A stretch of 64,000 nt of DNA, taken from NCBI GenBank assembly GCA_963722305.1, contig CAVRKE010000001.1, positions 501,549 through 565,548 on the forward strand, in the 5' to 3' direction. Numbering within the stretch: position 1 is the first letter of the stretch; every line of letters starts with the position of its first letter. This document shows, piece after piece, positions 17,984-25,650 of the stretch. The position numbers and the translations under genes are program-made. Under the pieces are notes generated by a model. It searched no databases. It was not told the origin of the DNA and saw nothing but the letters and a program-made list of their open reading frames with translations. Source of the stretch: Candidatus Levyibacteriota bacterium. GTDB lineage: Bacteria > Patescibacteriota > Microgenomatia > Levybacterales > UBA12049.

Positions 17984-18177
17984 GCTGCTTTTCTTCTAAT
18001 TCCTACGTTTCTCGCAACTATTGTTAACAAACCTCTTTCACGCTTGCGATTATATGAGCCATCTATCCTAAGCTCCACAGTATCAGCTAAACCCAATCTG
18101 CCCCGTGCCAAAGGGTGAACCGGAGAACCTTCAGCCTCTCTCCAATGCACACGACGACTATTGTCTTTGTCTTTCAT
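17980..18177 (-). CDS. hypothetical small basic protein
   Basis: 65-aa Arg/Lys-rich ORF downstream of rpmB. No family recognised. Confidence 0.25.
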   Translation of the reverse strand: MKDKDNSRRVHWREAEGSPVHPLARGRLGLADTVELRIDGSYNRKRERGLLTIVARNVGIRRKAA

Positions 18178-18188
18178 AATTTCTGACC

Positions 18189-18422
18189 TTAAGCTGCGAC
18201 AACCGGAGGAACTTCAACTTTTACTGCTGCCTGGGGTTTGGCTGCAGCTCTGATTGTTCTTTGGCATTTGGTGCAAAGCCTGACTCTTTTGGCCACACCA
18301 CCAACGATAATCCGAGCGCTATGAAGGTTCGGTTTAAAAATTCTTCTGGTGCGGTTTTTGGCGTGGGAAACATTGTGTCCGTACATTACTCCCTTGCCGC
18401 AATTAAAACAAACTAAGGCCAT
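18189..18422 (-). CDS. rpmB: 50S ribosomal protein L28
   Basis: C..CGK...[19 protein letters not shown] is the L28 signature. Confidence 0.8.
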   Translation of the reverse strand: MALVCFNCGKGVMYGHNVSHAKNRTRRIFKPNLHSARIIVGGVAKRVRLCTKCQRTIRAAAKPQAAVKVEVPPVVAA

Positions 18423-18535
18423 AATCTTTGTATTATAACTAAAATGTGCGGAATTTTCAATTCGAAATTTTAAATTTAAAATTATATTCTTAAAAATTGA
18501 TTGAAAATTAGAAATTAAAAACTTATAATTGCCTA

Positions 18536-19183
18536 ATGGACTTAATCGGTATCATCATTATTCTTCCAATATTAATATACAGCGCAATTTTACATGAGAT
18601 TATGCATGGCTTAGTTGCCGAACGCTTAGGCGATCCAACAGCCCGACTTATGGGTAGAATTACCCTTAATCCAATACCACATATCGACCCTTTTATGAGC
18701 ATACTTCTCCCTTTAATCCTATCTCTATCTCCAACTCATGTAATTATTGGTGGCGCGAAGCCTGTTCCTGTTGATCCATTTAACTTCCGCGAACCAAAGA
18801 AGGATATGGCCATAGTCTCTTTAGCCGGACCAGGAACAAACTTTTTGATTGCAATTGTTTTCGGAATTATTTGCCGAGTGGTCTTCCCAGGATTGACTTT
18901 AGACGGGGTATTAAACAGCGGAATATTAGGCGCTATTTTAGGAACAATTGTTTATATAAATATTATCTTGGCCATTTTTAACCTAATTCCCATTCCCCTG
19001 CTTGACGGTTCCAAAATCTTCGCGCTGGTGTTGCCGGACAGAGAAGCGGCAATGTATATGTCCATCGGCAGTTTTGGAATTTTGATAATTTTCTTCCTGC
19101 TACTTTTCCCTATCGGCGGATTTTCCCTGGGGAGTTTAATGTTTAACCTCCTGACCTTTGCGCAACATTTACTGGGGCTTTAA
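18536..19183 (+). CDS. site-2 protease family (peptidase M50) membrane zinc metalloprotease
   Basis: HEIMHG (HExxH) in a transmembrane helix, [10 protein letters not shown] motif, multiple transmembrane segments. Confidence 0.7.
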   Translation: MDLIGIIIILPILIYSAILHEIMHGLVAERLGDPTARLMGRITLNPIPHIDPFMSILLPLILSLSPTHVIIGGAKPVPVDPFNFREPKKDMAIVSLAGPGTNFLIAIVFGIICRVVFPGLTLDGVLNSGILGAILGTIVYINIILAIFNLIPIPLLDGSKIFALVLPDREAAMYMSIGSFGILIIFFLLLFPIGGFSLGSLMFNLLTFAQHLLGL

Positions 19184-20164
19184 ATATCTGCTACTTTGTC
19201 TTGTCCTTGCTCTAACCTGATCTAAAACCTCTGGCTCAACGGCAACTTTTTCAAGAACTCCCATTGCTCTCATCCCATCTTCTTCGTTAAGGGCTATTTC
19301 CAGCGGTGACTGCTTAAAAAGTAAAGCCAGTAAAGCAATCCTCGCTAAAGAAGTTGTTCTGGTTGCTCCACTTTCTATTGCCCGATAACCTCCAACTCCT
19401 TTTCTAAATCCCAAGAATTTTCCAACTGTGCCTTTGGATAGATTCATCGCCTGTCGTAAAGCCCTGATATTTCCTTTTCTAACAGGCAACATCTCCATTA
19501 ATTCACGATCAAATTCAGCACCTTCGTAAAAATGAACACCGGGAATATGGTCTAAATCAAGAGGACTATTACTAAAAACGCTGTGATCTATTTGTTTGTG
19601 CGAATAATCACTTCTGCTACTTTGTCTTGTCCTTGCTCTAACCTGATCTAAAACCTCTGGCTCAACGGCAATTTTACCAAGAACATCCATTGCTCTCATC
19701 CCATCTTCTTCGTTAAGGGCTATTTCCAGCGGTGACTGCTTAAAAAGTAAAGCCAGTAAAGCAATCCTCGCTAAAGAAGTTGTTCTGGTTGCTCCACTTT
19801 CTATTTTTTGGTAACCTTTTTGCCCAAGCCCCAAAAATTCTCCTACTTTTTCTTCAGATAAATTTACGGCTAGACGTAAAGCCCTGATATTTCCTTCTCT
19901 AACAGGCAACATCTCCATTAATTCACGATCAAATTCAGCACCGTCGTAAAAATGAACACCGGGAATATGGTCTAAATCAAGAGGACTATGATAAGCATAG
20001 GTGTGACCTCTTTCTCTGCGTGTGGGCTCTGGTTGAGCAAGTACTCTTCTTGACGCTATGGAATAATCTGCTCCAAATATTGTTGCAAGAGCATTTGTTC
20101 TTGGCGGCAAATCTGGTCCAAGAATATGTGATCCTAAGTGTTCACCACCTGATTTTACCATCAT
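19169..20164 (-). CDS. XRE-type HTH protein with an internal tandem duplication (two HTH modules)
   Basis: Two ~142-aa repeats each carry an HTH (NIRALR.A.NLS...FLG...IESGATRTTSLARIALLALLF). Overlaps the 3' end of the M50 gene by 15 bp. Confidence 0.55.
   Translation of the reverse strand: MMVKSGGEHLGSHILGPDLPPRTNALATIFGADYSIASRRVLAQPEPTRRERGHTYAYHSPLDLDHIPGVHFYDGAEFDRELMEMLPVREGNIRALRLAVNLSEEKVGEFLGLGQKGYQKIESGATRTTSLARIALLALLFKQSPLEIALNEEDGMRAMDVLGKIAVEPEVLDQVRARTRQSSRSDYSHKQIDHSVFSNSPLDLDHIPGVHFYEGAEFDRELMEMLPVRKGNIRALRQAMNLSKGTVGKFLGFRKGVGGYRAIESGATRTTSLARIALLALLFKQSPLEIALNEEDGMRAMGVLEKVAVEPEVLDQVRARTRQSSRYLKPQ
19188..20039. repeat. in-frame tandem direct repeat, 2 x 426 bp, inside the HTH gene
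   Basis: Units 19188-19613 and 19614-20039 are nearly identical except for a ~70-bp central segment. Confidence 0.85.
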
Positions 20165-20230
20165 ATAAAAAATATTATATCACAAAAATAAGCTTAAAGT
20201 CAACACTATAGGATTAGACTTGGGGCAATT

Positions 20231-20992
20231 TTAAAGCGTTATTTCTAAATCGTCGACCGCGGCGGTGGTGTTGGGAAAAATTGTTTTGGCTTTCTCTTCG
20301 GCTTTTTTCCGCTCTTCTAAAGTTAAATAAACAGGGGCGCTGAAGTGCGTCAACAGCAGCTTTTTGACATTCTCTTCTTTGGCAACAGTTGCCGCCTGGA
20401 CCGGGTCAAGATGACCTGTGTCGCCCTCTTTAGTCTGAATATTTGAGCATTCACTAATTAGAACGTCGGCAGCGTGAGTCAGCTTTCTTAAGCCTTCTGT
20501 AAGCCCGCAGTCGCCCGTGTAGGCAATTGTTTTACCTTCAAGTGTAATTCTATAACCGTGGTCTTTGAATAAATGAGCTTGCTCAACTACCGATACGGGA
20601 AATCCGACATTTTGTTCTCCTGAGGGAAGCTCATGCAGCCTGATTTCGGTTTTTGGGCTTTGCGTATTTTTCGGCTGAGAAAGGTACCCTGTCATATAGG
20701 GCGGATTATAAAAAGTGTCAAAATCTTTCTTTCTGCCCTTTGCCACATAAACATCAATCCCCTGTCTAAGGAAGAAGCTCGACAAAATTCCTAACCCAGA
20801 AACATGGTCTTGATGAAAGTGGGAAATAAAAAGTGAAATCGGTTTGTCTTCGGTAATATATTTGTTGAGCTTATAAATGCCGTTGCCAGCGTCAAATACT
20901 ACGTAACGCTCTTTGCTGTCGATAAGAACGCAAGCTGTATTGCCGGTTGGAGTTGTATACCACCCGTTAGTGCCTAAAAATATAATTTTCAT
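20231..20992 (-). CDS. MBL-fold metallo-hydrolase (RNase Z/beta-lactamase fold)
   Basis: ISHFHQDHVSGL (HxHxDH) motif. Start chosen at MKIIFLGTNGW (20992); the longer ORF to 21139 would overlap the upstream gene. Confidence 0.65.
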   Translation of the reverse strand: MKIIFLGTNGWYTTPTGNTACVLIDSKERYVVFDAGNGIYKLNKYITEDKPISLFISHFHQDHVSGLGILSSFFLRQGIDVYVAKGRKKDFDTFYNPPYMTGYLSQPKNTQSPKTEIRLHELPSGEQNVGFPVSVVEQAHLFKDHGYRITLEGKTIAYTGDCGLTEGLRKLTHAADVLISECSNIQTKEGDTGHLDPVQAATVAKEENVKKLLLTHFSAPVYLTLEERKKAEEKAKTIFPNTTAAVDDLEITL

Positions 20993-21026
20993 GGTGTGCA
21001 AATTTGTTGTCGGTCTTTGAACATTA

Positions 21027-21696
21027 TCACACGAAATCAATTCTTGGGAAAGGGGATGCTCCGTATAATCTGATTTCGCCATTTGGATCAGGGAATACCG
21101 GTTTTTCACCTTTTGCAAAAGCATAAAACGGGGCTTCACTCATGATCCTAACATTGGTTTCTCCACGGAATTGATGGTCACAATCAGGAATAGTAAAAAG
21201 TTCTCTTCGAACCGCGCCTGTTGCTAAATCGTAGAATATTTTACCAGCCCCTGGTCCAACCATCTCATCTTGTTCTCCAATTACAATACATACTTCACCG
21301 CTAAATTTACTTAATCCTTCTCTTACCATTCCTTCCGGCATGTCACCAGATGGCGCATAGAGAAGAATCCTTGAGACTTCTGGATATTCGTGAGCCACTG
21401 CAGCGATTGCGCTTGCCCCTCCTGAAAATCCCATTAATAAAATCTCCGGTGCTGGCTCCCCGCATGTCACCCAAGCGTTGCTTCTTGCATACTGAAGTGC
21501 TGCTCTTAGGTTAATATCAGGAAGATACCCAACCCTGATATTGTTGCCTGTTCTAACAACAGCTCCCAATTCCTCTGTCTGCATGTGGTGAGCTAAACGC
21601 TTATATTCATGTAGGCGTCCATCTATGCTGCCATCAATGCTGGGAACATTAATAATTATTCTTCTTGAAACATTTGGATGAATCGCTAATTGAACT
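21027..21696 (-). pseudogene. alpha/beta-hydrolase (dienelactone-hydrolase-like), C-terminal part, interrupted by IS3
   Basis: GFSGGA nucleophile elbow. The frame is open from the IS3 boundary (21696) through 21027. Confidence 0.7.
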
Positions 21697-21737
21697 TTAA
21701 GGTGGACCCCATTGTCAACACAGTAAAACGGCTAAAC

Positions 21738-22475
21738 TTAGACTAAGTTTTCCTCCTTTCCAAAATATATTTCAGCCGGTGTTCTGTAATTAAGCGATTG
21801 GTGTTTTCTTTCATAATTGTAAAAGTAAAAATAGTTTTCAATGTTTTCTTTTGCTTCCAAAACAGTAGCGTATTCTTTTAAGTATACCTCTTCATATTTA
21901 ACACTCCTCCATAACCTCTCGGTGAAGATATTGTCCAGTGCCCGTCCCCGTGAGTCCATGCTGATTTTGACATTGTGATTTTCCCAGAGATCTGTCATCA
22001 GATGATCGGTATTTTGTGATCCCTGATCTTCATTAATAATGGTTGGTCTTCCGAATTTCTCAATTGCTTCAGTTGCAGCATCAAAACAAAAGTCTGTTTC
22101 AAGGGTAATTGAGAGCTTCCAGGAAACAACAAATCTGGTAAACCAATCAAGAAAGGCAGTTAAATATACAAACCCATGTTTCATCCGAATATACGTAATA
22201 TCTGTGCCCCAGATATGATTTGGATATCCTGCAACTACTCCTTTGAGTAAATACGGATAGAACATGTGTTGTTTATCGGGTTTACTCAAATTAGGCTTCG
22301 GATACAATGCCTCATAGCCCATTTCACGCATCAGGCGTTGTGCCTGTTTTCTGTTAACACCAACCTCTTTTGCCATACGTCTTGAACCATAAAAAGGGTG
22401 GGCAGTATATACCTCATCAATTCTGTTCATTAAAATGAGTGCCTCGGGTTTAACCGGTCTTGGCTGATAGTACAA
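21738..22475 (-). CDS. IS3-family transposase OrfB
   Basis: Identical 245-aa product to 1071..1808. Confidence 0.85.
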   Translation of the reverse strand: MYYQPRPVKPEALILMNRIDEVYTAHPFYGSRRMAKEVGVNRKQAQRLMREMGYEALYPKPNLSKPDKQHMFYPYLLKGVVAGYPNHIWGTDITYIRMKHGFVYLTAFLDWFTRFVVSWKLSITLETDFCFDAATEAIEKFGRPTIINEDQGSQNTDHLMTDLWENHNVKISMDSRGRALDNIFTERLWRSVKYEEVYLKEYATVLEAKENIENYFYFYNYERKHQSLNYRTPAEIYFGKEENLV

Positions 22476-22578
22476 ACTTGATCTGGAAATATCCAGAAGA
22501 TCAGCCCGTATACTCTTTGGTAATACGCTTTCTGTTTTGTTAATGTGCAGAGCAATTTCTCCGGGAGTAAGGATATCC

Positions 22579-22875
22579 CTACTCGTCGAAGATGCCCATC
22601 TTTTTTTTAAGAAAGTCTACTTCGACTTTTAATCTTCCTATTTGCCGATACAATTCCTGTACCAGCTCACGGTCATCCCGTTTCCGTTGAATAAGATGTT
22701 CTGAAAACCCTTGCGAGAGAATCTCCAACGCCCGGCGTTTCCATTTCGTTATTTGGGTTGAATGTACACCGTACATACTTGACAGCTCCGCAATTGTTTT
22801 TTGTTCCTTAATTGCCTCCAGAGCAACTCTGGCTTTAAATGCCGGTGGATGAATTCTGCGTATTTTTTGATCCAT
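22579..22875 (-). CDS. IS3-family transposase OrfA
   Basis: Identical 98-aa product to 671..967. Confidence 0.85.
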   Translation of the reverse strand: MDQKIRRIHPPAFKARVALEAIKEQKTIAELSSMYGVHSTQITKWKRRALEILSQGFSEHLIQRKRDDRELVQELYRQIGRLKVEVDFLKKKMGIFDE

Positions 22876-22928
22876 AGAACTATTCTATCTTAGTCTAAGG
22901 TGACTGTGCAGATTATGGGGTCCATTAT

Positions 22929-23074
22929 ACTTTTGTAAGAAATTCTCTCCCCAAAAATTCTCCCCCTCTAAAATCAGGGTCATTGCTAGGATAAGCATAT
23001 CTACCCTTAAACGTCCTTAAAGGTTCTCCGATGTACATTGCTGCTTCACTATTTTTTCCAACCAGTTCTGCCAT
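22929..23074 (-). pseudogene. N-terminal part of the IS3-interrupted alpha/beta-hydrolase gene
   Basis: ATG at 23074 (MAELVGKNSEAAMYIGEPLRTFKGRYAYPSNDPDFRGGEFLGREFLTKV). Removing the IS plus one duplication copy joins this in frame to VQLAIHPNVSRRIIINVPSIDGS... at 21696. Confidence 0.7.
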
Positions 23075-23212
23075 GGGCAGATTGTATCACGACGTAAATA
23101 ATATATCAAACAACATCAAGAGACATACTTGAGGACTTGCTTTTTTGAAAAGGGGTTTTGTGCCAAAAATTTTGGCAGGGTTGCTTAGACTCGAGATTAA
23201 AAGTGAGCGTTT

Positions 23213-24466
23213 TTAGATTTGTCCTTTTCGAATTTCATTCCCCCTTTGGAAAGCCAGACGACTAGGATCTCTTCCTCCATGGGATAGAATGTTGGAATGT
23301 ATGTCTGATGTGCTCGGCGTTGTTCCTCCGTTTGCACCATACCTTACTTGAGCAGGGGGAATACCTTTGCGTCTATTCCACGCTCCGCTTTCAACAAAAT
23401 TTATTAAAGTGTTTTTTAACACATGCAATCCTTCTCTAACTCTCGCCTCCATTACTGCTTTTGCATCACCGTCAAGTTGACCATCTATGGTGGAACGGCA
23501 CAAAACAGCAAGTGCTTCTACTTTTTCTATTATGGTTTTCGGGTCAACCATTTTCCCCGGTCTTAAAAAATTTGGAAGCTCAACTAGATATTTACTCATT
23601 GCAGCCACCAGGTAAGGAAGATATCTTACATCATAGCTATCCCTTCCTTCCGCTTTTAATTCTTGGGGGAAAGGAAAAAATAGAGAATTGAATATTGCAG
23701 ACCGTTCTTCTTCCAAAGACACTCGAAGGTTCCAAACGGCAACCGATTGTAAAAAACTGTCAACACCATCTTTGGGTACATATCCACTCGCAACCAATTT
23801 TTGAATACTGCCTATCGTAGGTAATCTTTGTATCACCAACGGTAAACTATTAACGGAGACAGGCAAATTCCGTTCTTTATTTGGCTGCATGAGGGTTGTT
23901 ATATTTGTAAAGGGCCTGCCTGTTGTCTCATCTAACAACCGTCCTTGAACAAGAGCAACCGCCAAGTAGTCTATTATTGTACCTTTTGTATGCGGCTCGT
24001 GTCTAGCAACTTCAAAATATGGCAACTGTTGCTCTCCCAATAAATCCTTTAAATAAGCTGGCTCCTGCTCTGAATCAGGCATGTCTGATTCAGCCACATC
24101 CGGAGATTTTCCCAGCAAACTCGCCAAATAAACGGATTGGCTATGGCTTGCTCGCCTTTCTCTATGCCAGTTATCAAACACAATTTCTCCAAGGGCAATA
24201 AAGCGCCTGGAAGGGCAAAACATCTTATCGCCAAGATGCATAATCAGTTGCTTGATGGTTAAACCCTCCGTCGGAAATGGCAACGGTTGATTTTCAAAAA
24301 CTACAGTTGCTATATACGCCGGCAGACGTAGCTCCGGATGCCTGAGTAAAAGTTCAGGGAAGTAGCGTGGATCCACAACACTTGGTGTTGGTTTTACCCA
24401 TTTTATCGAACCTGAAGATTCTTCCATTCCGTTACCAGGAAGCGCCTCAATTAGTTGTCTTTGCAT
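23213..24466 (-). CDS. hypothetical protein
   Basis: 417-aa ORF with coding-like composition and no recognisable motif. Confidence 0.5.
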   Translation of the reverse strand: MQRQLIEALPGNGMEESSGSIKWVKPTPSVVDPRYFPELLLRHPELRLPAYIATVVFENQPLPFPTEGLTIKQLIMHLGDKMFCPSRRFIALGEIVFDNWHRERRASHSQSVYLASLLGKSPDVAESDMPDSEQEPAYLKDLLGEQQLPYFEVARHEPHTKGTIIDYLAVALVQGRLLDETTGRPFTNITTLMQPNKERNLPVSVNSLPLVIQRLPTIGSIQKLVASGYVPKDGVDSFLQSVAVWNLRVSLEEERSAIFNSLFFPFPQELKAEGRDSYDVRYLPYLVAAMSKYLVELPNFLRPGKMVDPKTIIEKVEALAVLCRSTIDGQLDGDAKAVMEARVREGLHVLKNTLINFVESGAWNRRKGIPPAQVRYGANGGTTPSTSDIHSNILSHGGRDPSRLAFQRGNEIRKGQI

Positions 24467-24513
24467 GAAGAAAATTATAGCAGAAATATTACATAATGCA
24501 ACTATAGGGTATC

Positions 24514-24554
24514 TGGCAGGCCAGGAGGGAATCGAACCCCCAACAGAGGTTTTG
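24514..24554 (-). tRNA. 3' exon of a split tRNA-Trp(CCA)-like gene: anticodon-loop 3' part, variable loop, T-arm, acceptor 3' strand, encoded CCA
   Basis: Minus strand reads CAAA-ACCTC-TGTT-GGGGG-TTCGATT-CCCTC-CTGGCCT-G-CCA. The acceptor 3' strand pairs 7/7 with AGGCCAG at 24757-24763. Confidence 0.55.
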
Positions 24555-24730
24555 TCCCAGAAGTATCTCGCAAATTTTTATTGCAGGGTTGCTCAGATTC
24601 GAACTGAGAAAAGCAGTTTTGGAGACTGCTGTGATAACCATTTCACCACAACCCTTTGAAAAATTTGCTTAGAACTTCGGGATCCCGTAGATGTAAGCTT
24701 TTTCTCCGAAAAAGCAACATACTACTGGGA
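24555..24730 (-). other. 176-nt intervening sequence inside the split tRNA gene; contains a complete tRNA-Trp
   Basis: Its flanks are mutually complementary (TCCCAG/CTGGGA, GAAGT/ACTTC, GCAAATTTTT/AAAAATTTGC). The 5' part has two hairpins (GCTTTTTC-GGA-GAAAAAGC and CGGGA/TCCCG). Confidence 0.55.
24584..24655 (-). tRNA. tRNA-Trp (anticodon CCA), 72 nt
   Basis: AGGGTTG-TG-GTGA-AATGGTTA-TCAC-A-GCAGT-CTCCAAA-ACTGC-TTTT-CTCAG-TTCGAAT-CTGAG-CAACCCT-G. All stems are Watson-Crick, with U33 and a canonical T-loop. Confidence 0.85.
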
Positions 24731-24763
24731 GAGACCTCAGTTATACCATTTAACTACTGGCCT
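24731..24763 (-). tRNA. 5' exon of the split tRNA-Trp(CCA)-like gene: acceptor 5' strand, D-arm, anticodon stem 5' strand plus CTC
   Basis: AGGCCAG-TA-GTTA-AATGGTA-TAAC-T-GAGGT-CTC. D-stem 4/4, anticodon stem GAGGT pairs ACCTC of the 3' exon, U8/A14/G18G19 present. Confidence 0.55.
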
Positions 24764-24818
24764 ATGACGTTATTATACTGGGAATGGACAAATCTAGCAA
24801 TTGAGGAAGAAACAGGGG

Positions 24819-24995
24819 TTATTTCAGTTTTTCGTTTTCTTTGTGGTCGGTAACTTTTCTACAATGCCGGCAATATTTTTTGAGCAGCAATTTTGCCTCT
24901 GTATTCAGCTTATTTCTGGTCGTGACGTAATTTCTGTTTTTACAAACAGTGCAAACGAGCCCCAAAACTACCCTATGTTCTCCCTTTTTTGCCAT
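24819..24995 (-). CDS. rpmG: 50S ribosomal protein L33 (58 aa)
   Basis: MAKKGEHRVVLGLVCTVCKNRNYVTTRNKLNTEAKLLLKKYCRHCRKVTDHKENEKLK has a C-x2-C ... C-x2-C zinc ribbon and L33 spacing. Below the ORF-track length cutoff. Confidence 0.8.
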   Translation of the reverse strand: MAKKGEHRVVLGLVCTVCKNRNYVTTRNKLNTEAKLLLKKYCRHCRKVTDHKENEKLK

Positions 24996-25045
24996 AAACG
25001 GTATTTTAGCAGACTTTCTTCGTAATTTGAAGAGCGAGTATTTTG

Positions 25046-25117
25046 AGCCGAGAGCGGGAATCGGACCCGCGACCTAGTCATTACCAATGACTTGCTCTGC
25101 CACTGAGCCATCTCGGC
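25046..25117 (-). tRNA. tRNA-Thr (anticodon GGT)
   Basis: GCCGAGA acceptor, anticodon arm AGTCA-TTGGTAA-TGACT, T-loop GGTCCGATTCC. Confidence 0.85.
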
Positions 25118-25144
25118 GTGCTATAACAATGAGCCTGTCAAATG

Positions 25145-25228
25145 TGCTGGGTGAGGGACTCGAACCCCCGCAGACCTTACGGTCATCTGGTCTACAGCCA
25201 GAGGCGATTGCCGCTACGCGAACCCAGC
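25145..25228 (-). tRNA. tRNA-Tyr (anticodon GTA), long variable arm
   Basis: GCTGGGT acceptor, anticodon arm TCTGG-CTGTAGA-CCAGA, 13-nt variable arm, T-loop GGTTCGAGTCC. Confidence 0.85.
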
Positions 25229-25251
25229 GTGTTATTATTTTAGCAGATTTG

Positions 25252-25323
25252 AGCCGAAGGCGAGATTCGGACTCGCGACTTGCTGTTTACAAAACAGCTA
25301 CTCTACCACTGAGTTACTTCGGC
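25252..25323 (-). tRNA. tRNA-Thr (anticodon TGT)
   Basis: GCCGAAG acceptor, anticodon arm GCTGT-TTTGTAA-ACAGC, T-loop GAGTCCGAATC. Confidence 0.85.
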
Positions 25324-25650
25324 TTAAGCTTAATTGATTTTAGCAAAAACTATACCAAGAAGGAAGCCCCAGGGGCCAAAGGAATAATACTTGATAAATT
25401 CGTCCCTCGGTATTGAGTAGAGCTGATGTTTCCCCGAACTTCAAATTAGGTGGGCTAAACTCATTGCACTTAGCAATGAAGTAATTCGCCCTGTCTCACG
25501 CCAATCTGGCGGATACCTCAAGTCCAGTGAAATTGTAGAGGAAAATCTTACCAACTCCCTCTAATACCAAAGAACAGTAAAAGTATAGAACAGACTTTTC
25601 ACGACTGTCAAGACCTTGACAAGGGGTGTATAATGTGAAAATTTTTAAAA

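Larger units (their letters stand above)
21697..22928 (-). mobile_element. IS3-family insertion sequence, copy 2 (1232 bp), inserted into an alpha/beta-hydrolase gene
   Basis: Same ends as copy 1. 3-bp target-site duplication ACT (21694-21696 and 22929-22931). OrfA and OrfB proteins are identical to copy 1. Confidence 0.9.

Noticed and set aside
20993-21139. Longer N-terminus of the MBL-fold hydrolase ORF
   Set aside because: It would overlap the C-terminus of the alpha/beta-hydrolase gene by 112 nt. The internal Met at MKIIFLGT matches the usual start of MBL-fold proteins.
24555-24730. Group I intron in the split tRNA
   Set aside because: The anticodon-loop position and ~200-nt size suggested a cyanobacterial-type group I tRNA intron. 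I could not find the conserved P/Q/R/S core sequences (e.g. TCAGAGACTACA) by eye, and the 5' exon ends in C rather than U. Left as an open question rather than a call.
25341-25650. ~300-nt non-coding stretch with a TTGACA/TATAAT-like pair near 25616-25634
   Set aside because: The -35/-10 spacing is only 7 nt. No tRNA-like, SRP, RNase P or tmRNA signature elements were visible. Possibly an sRNA or just a terminator/promoter region, so not called.
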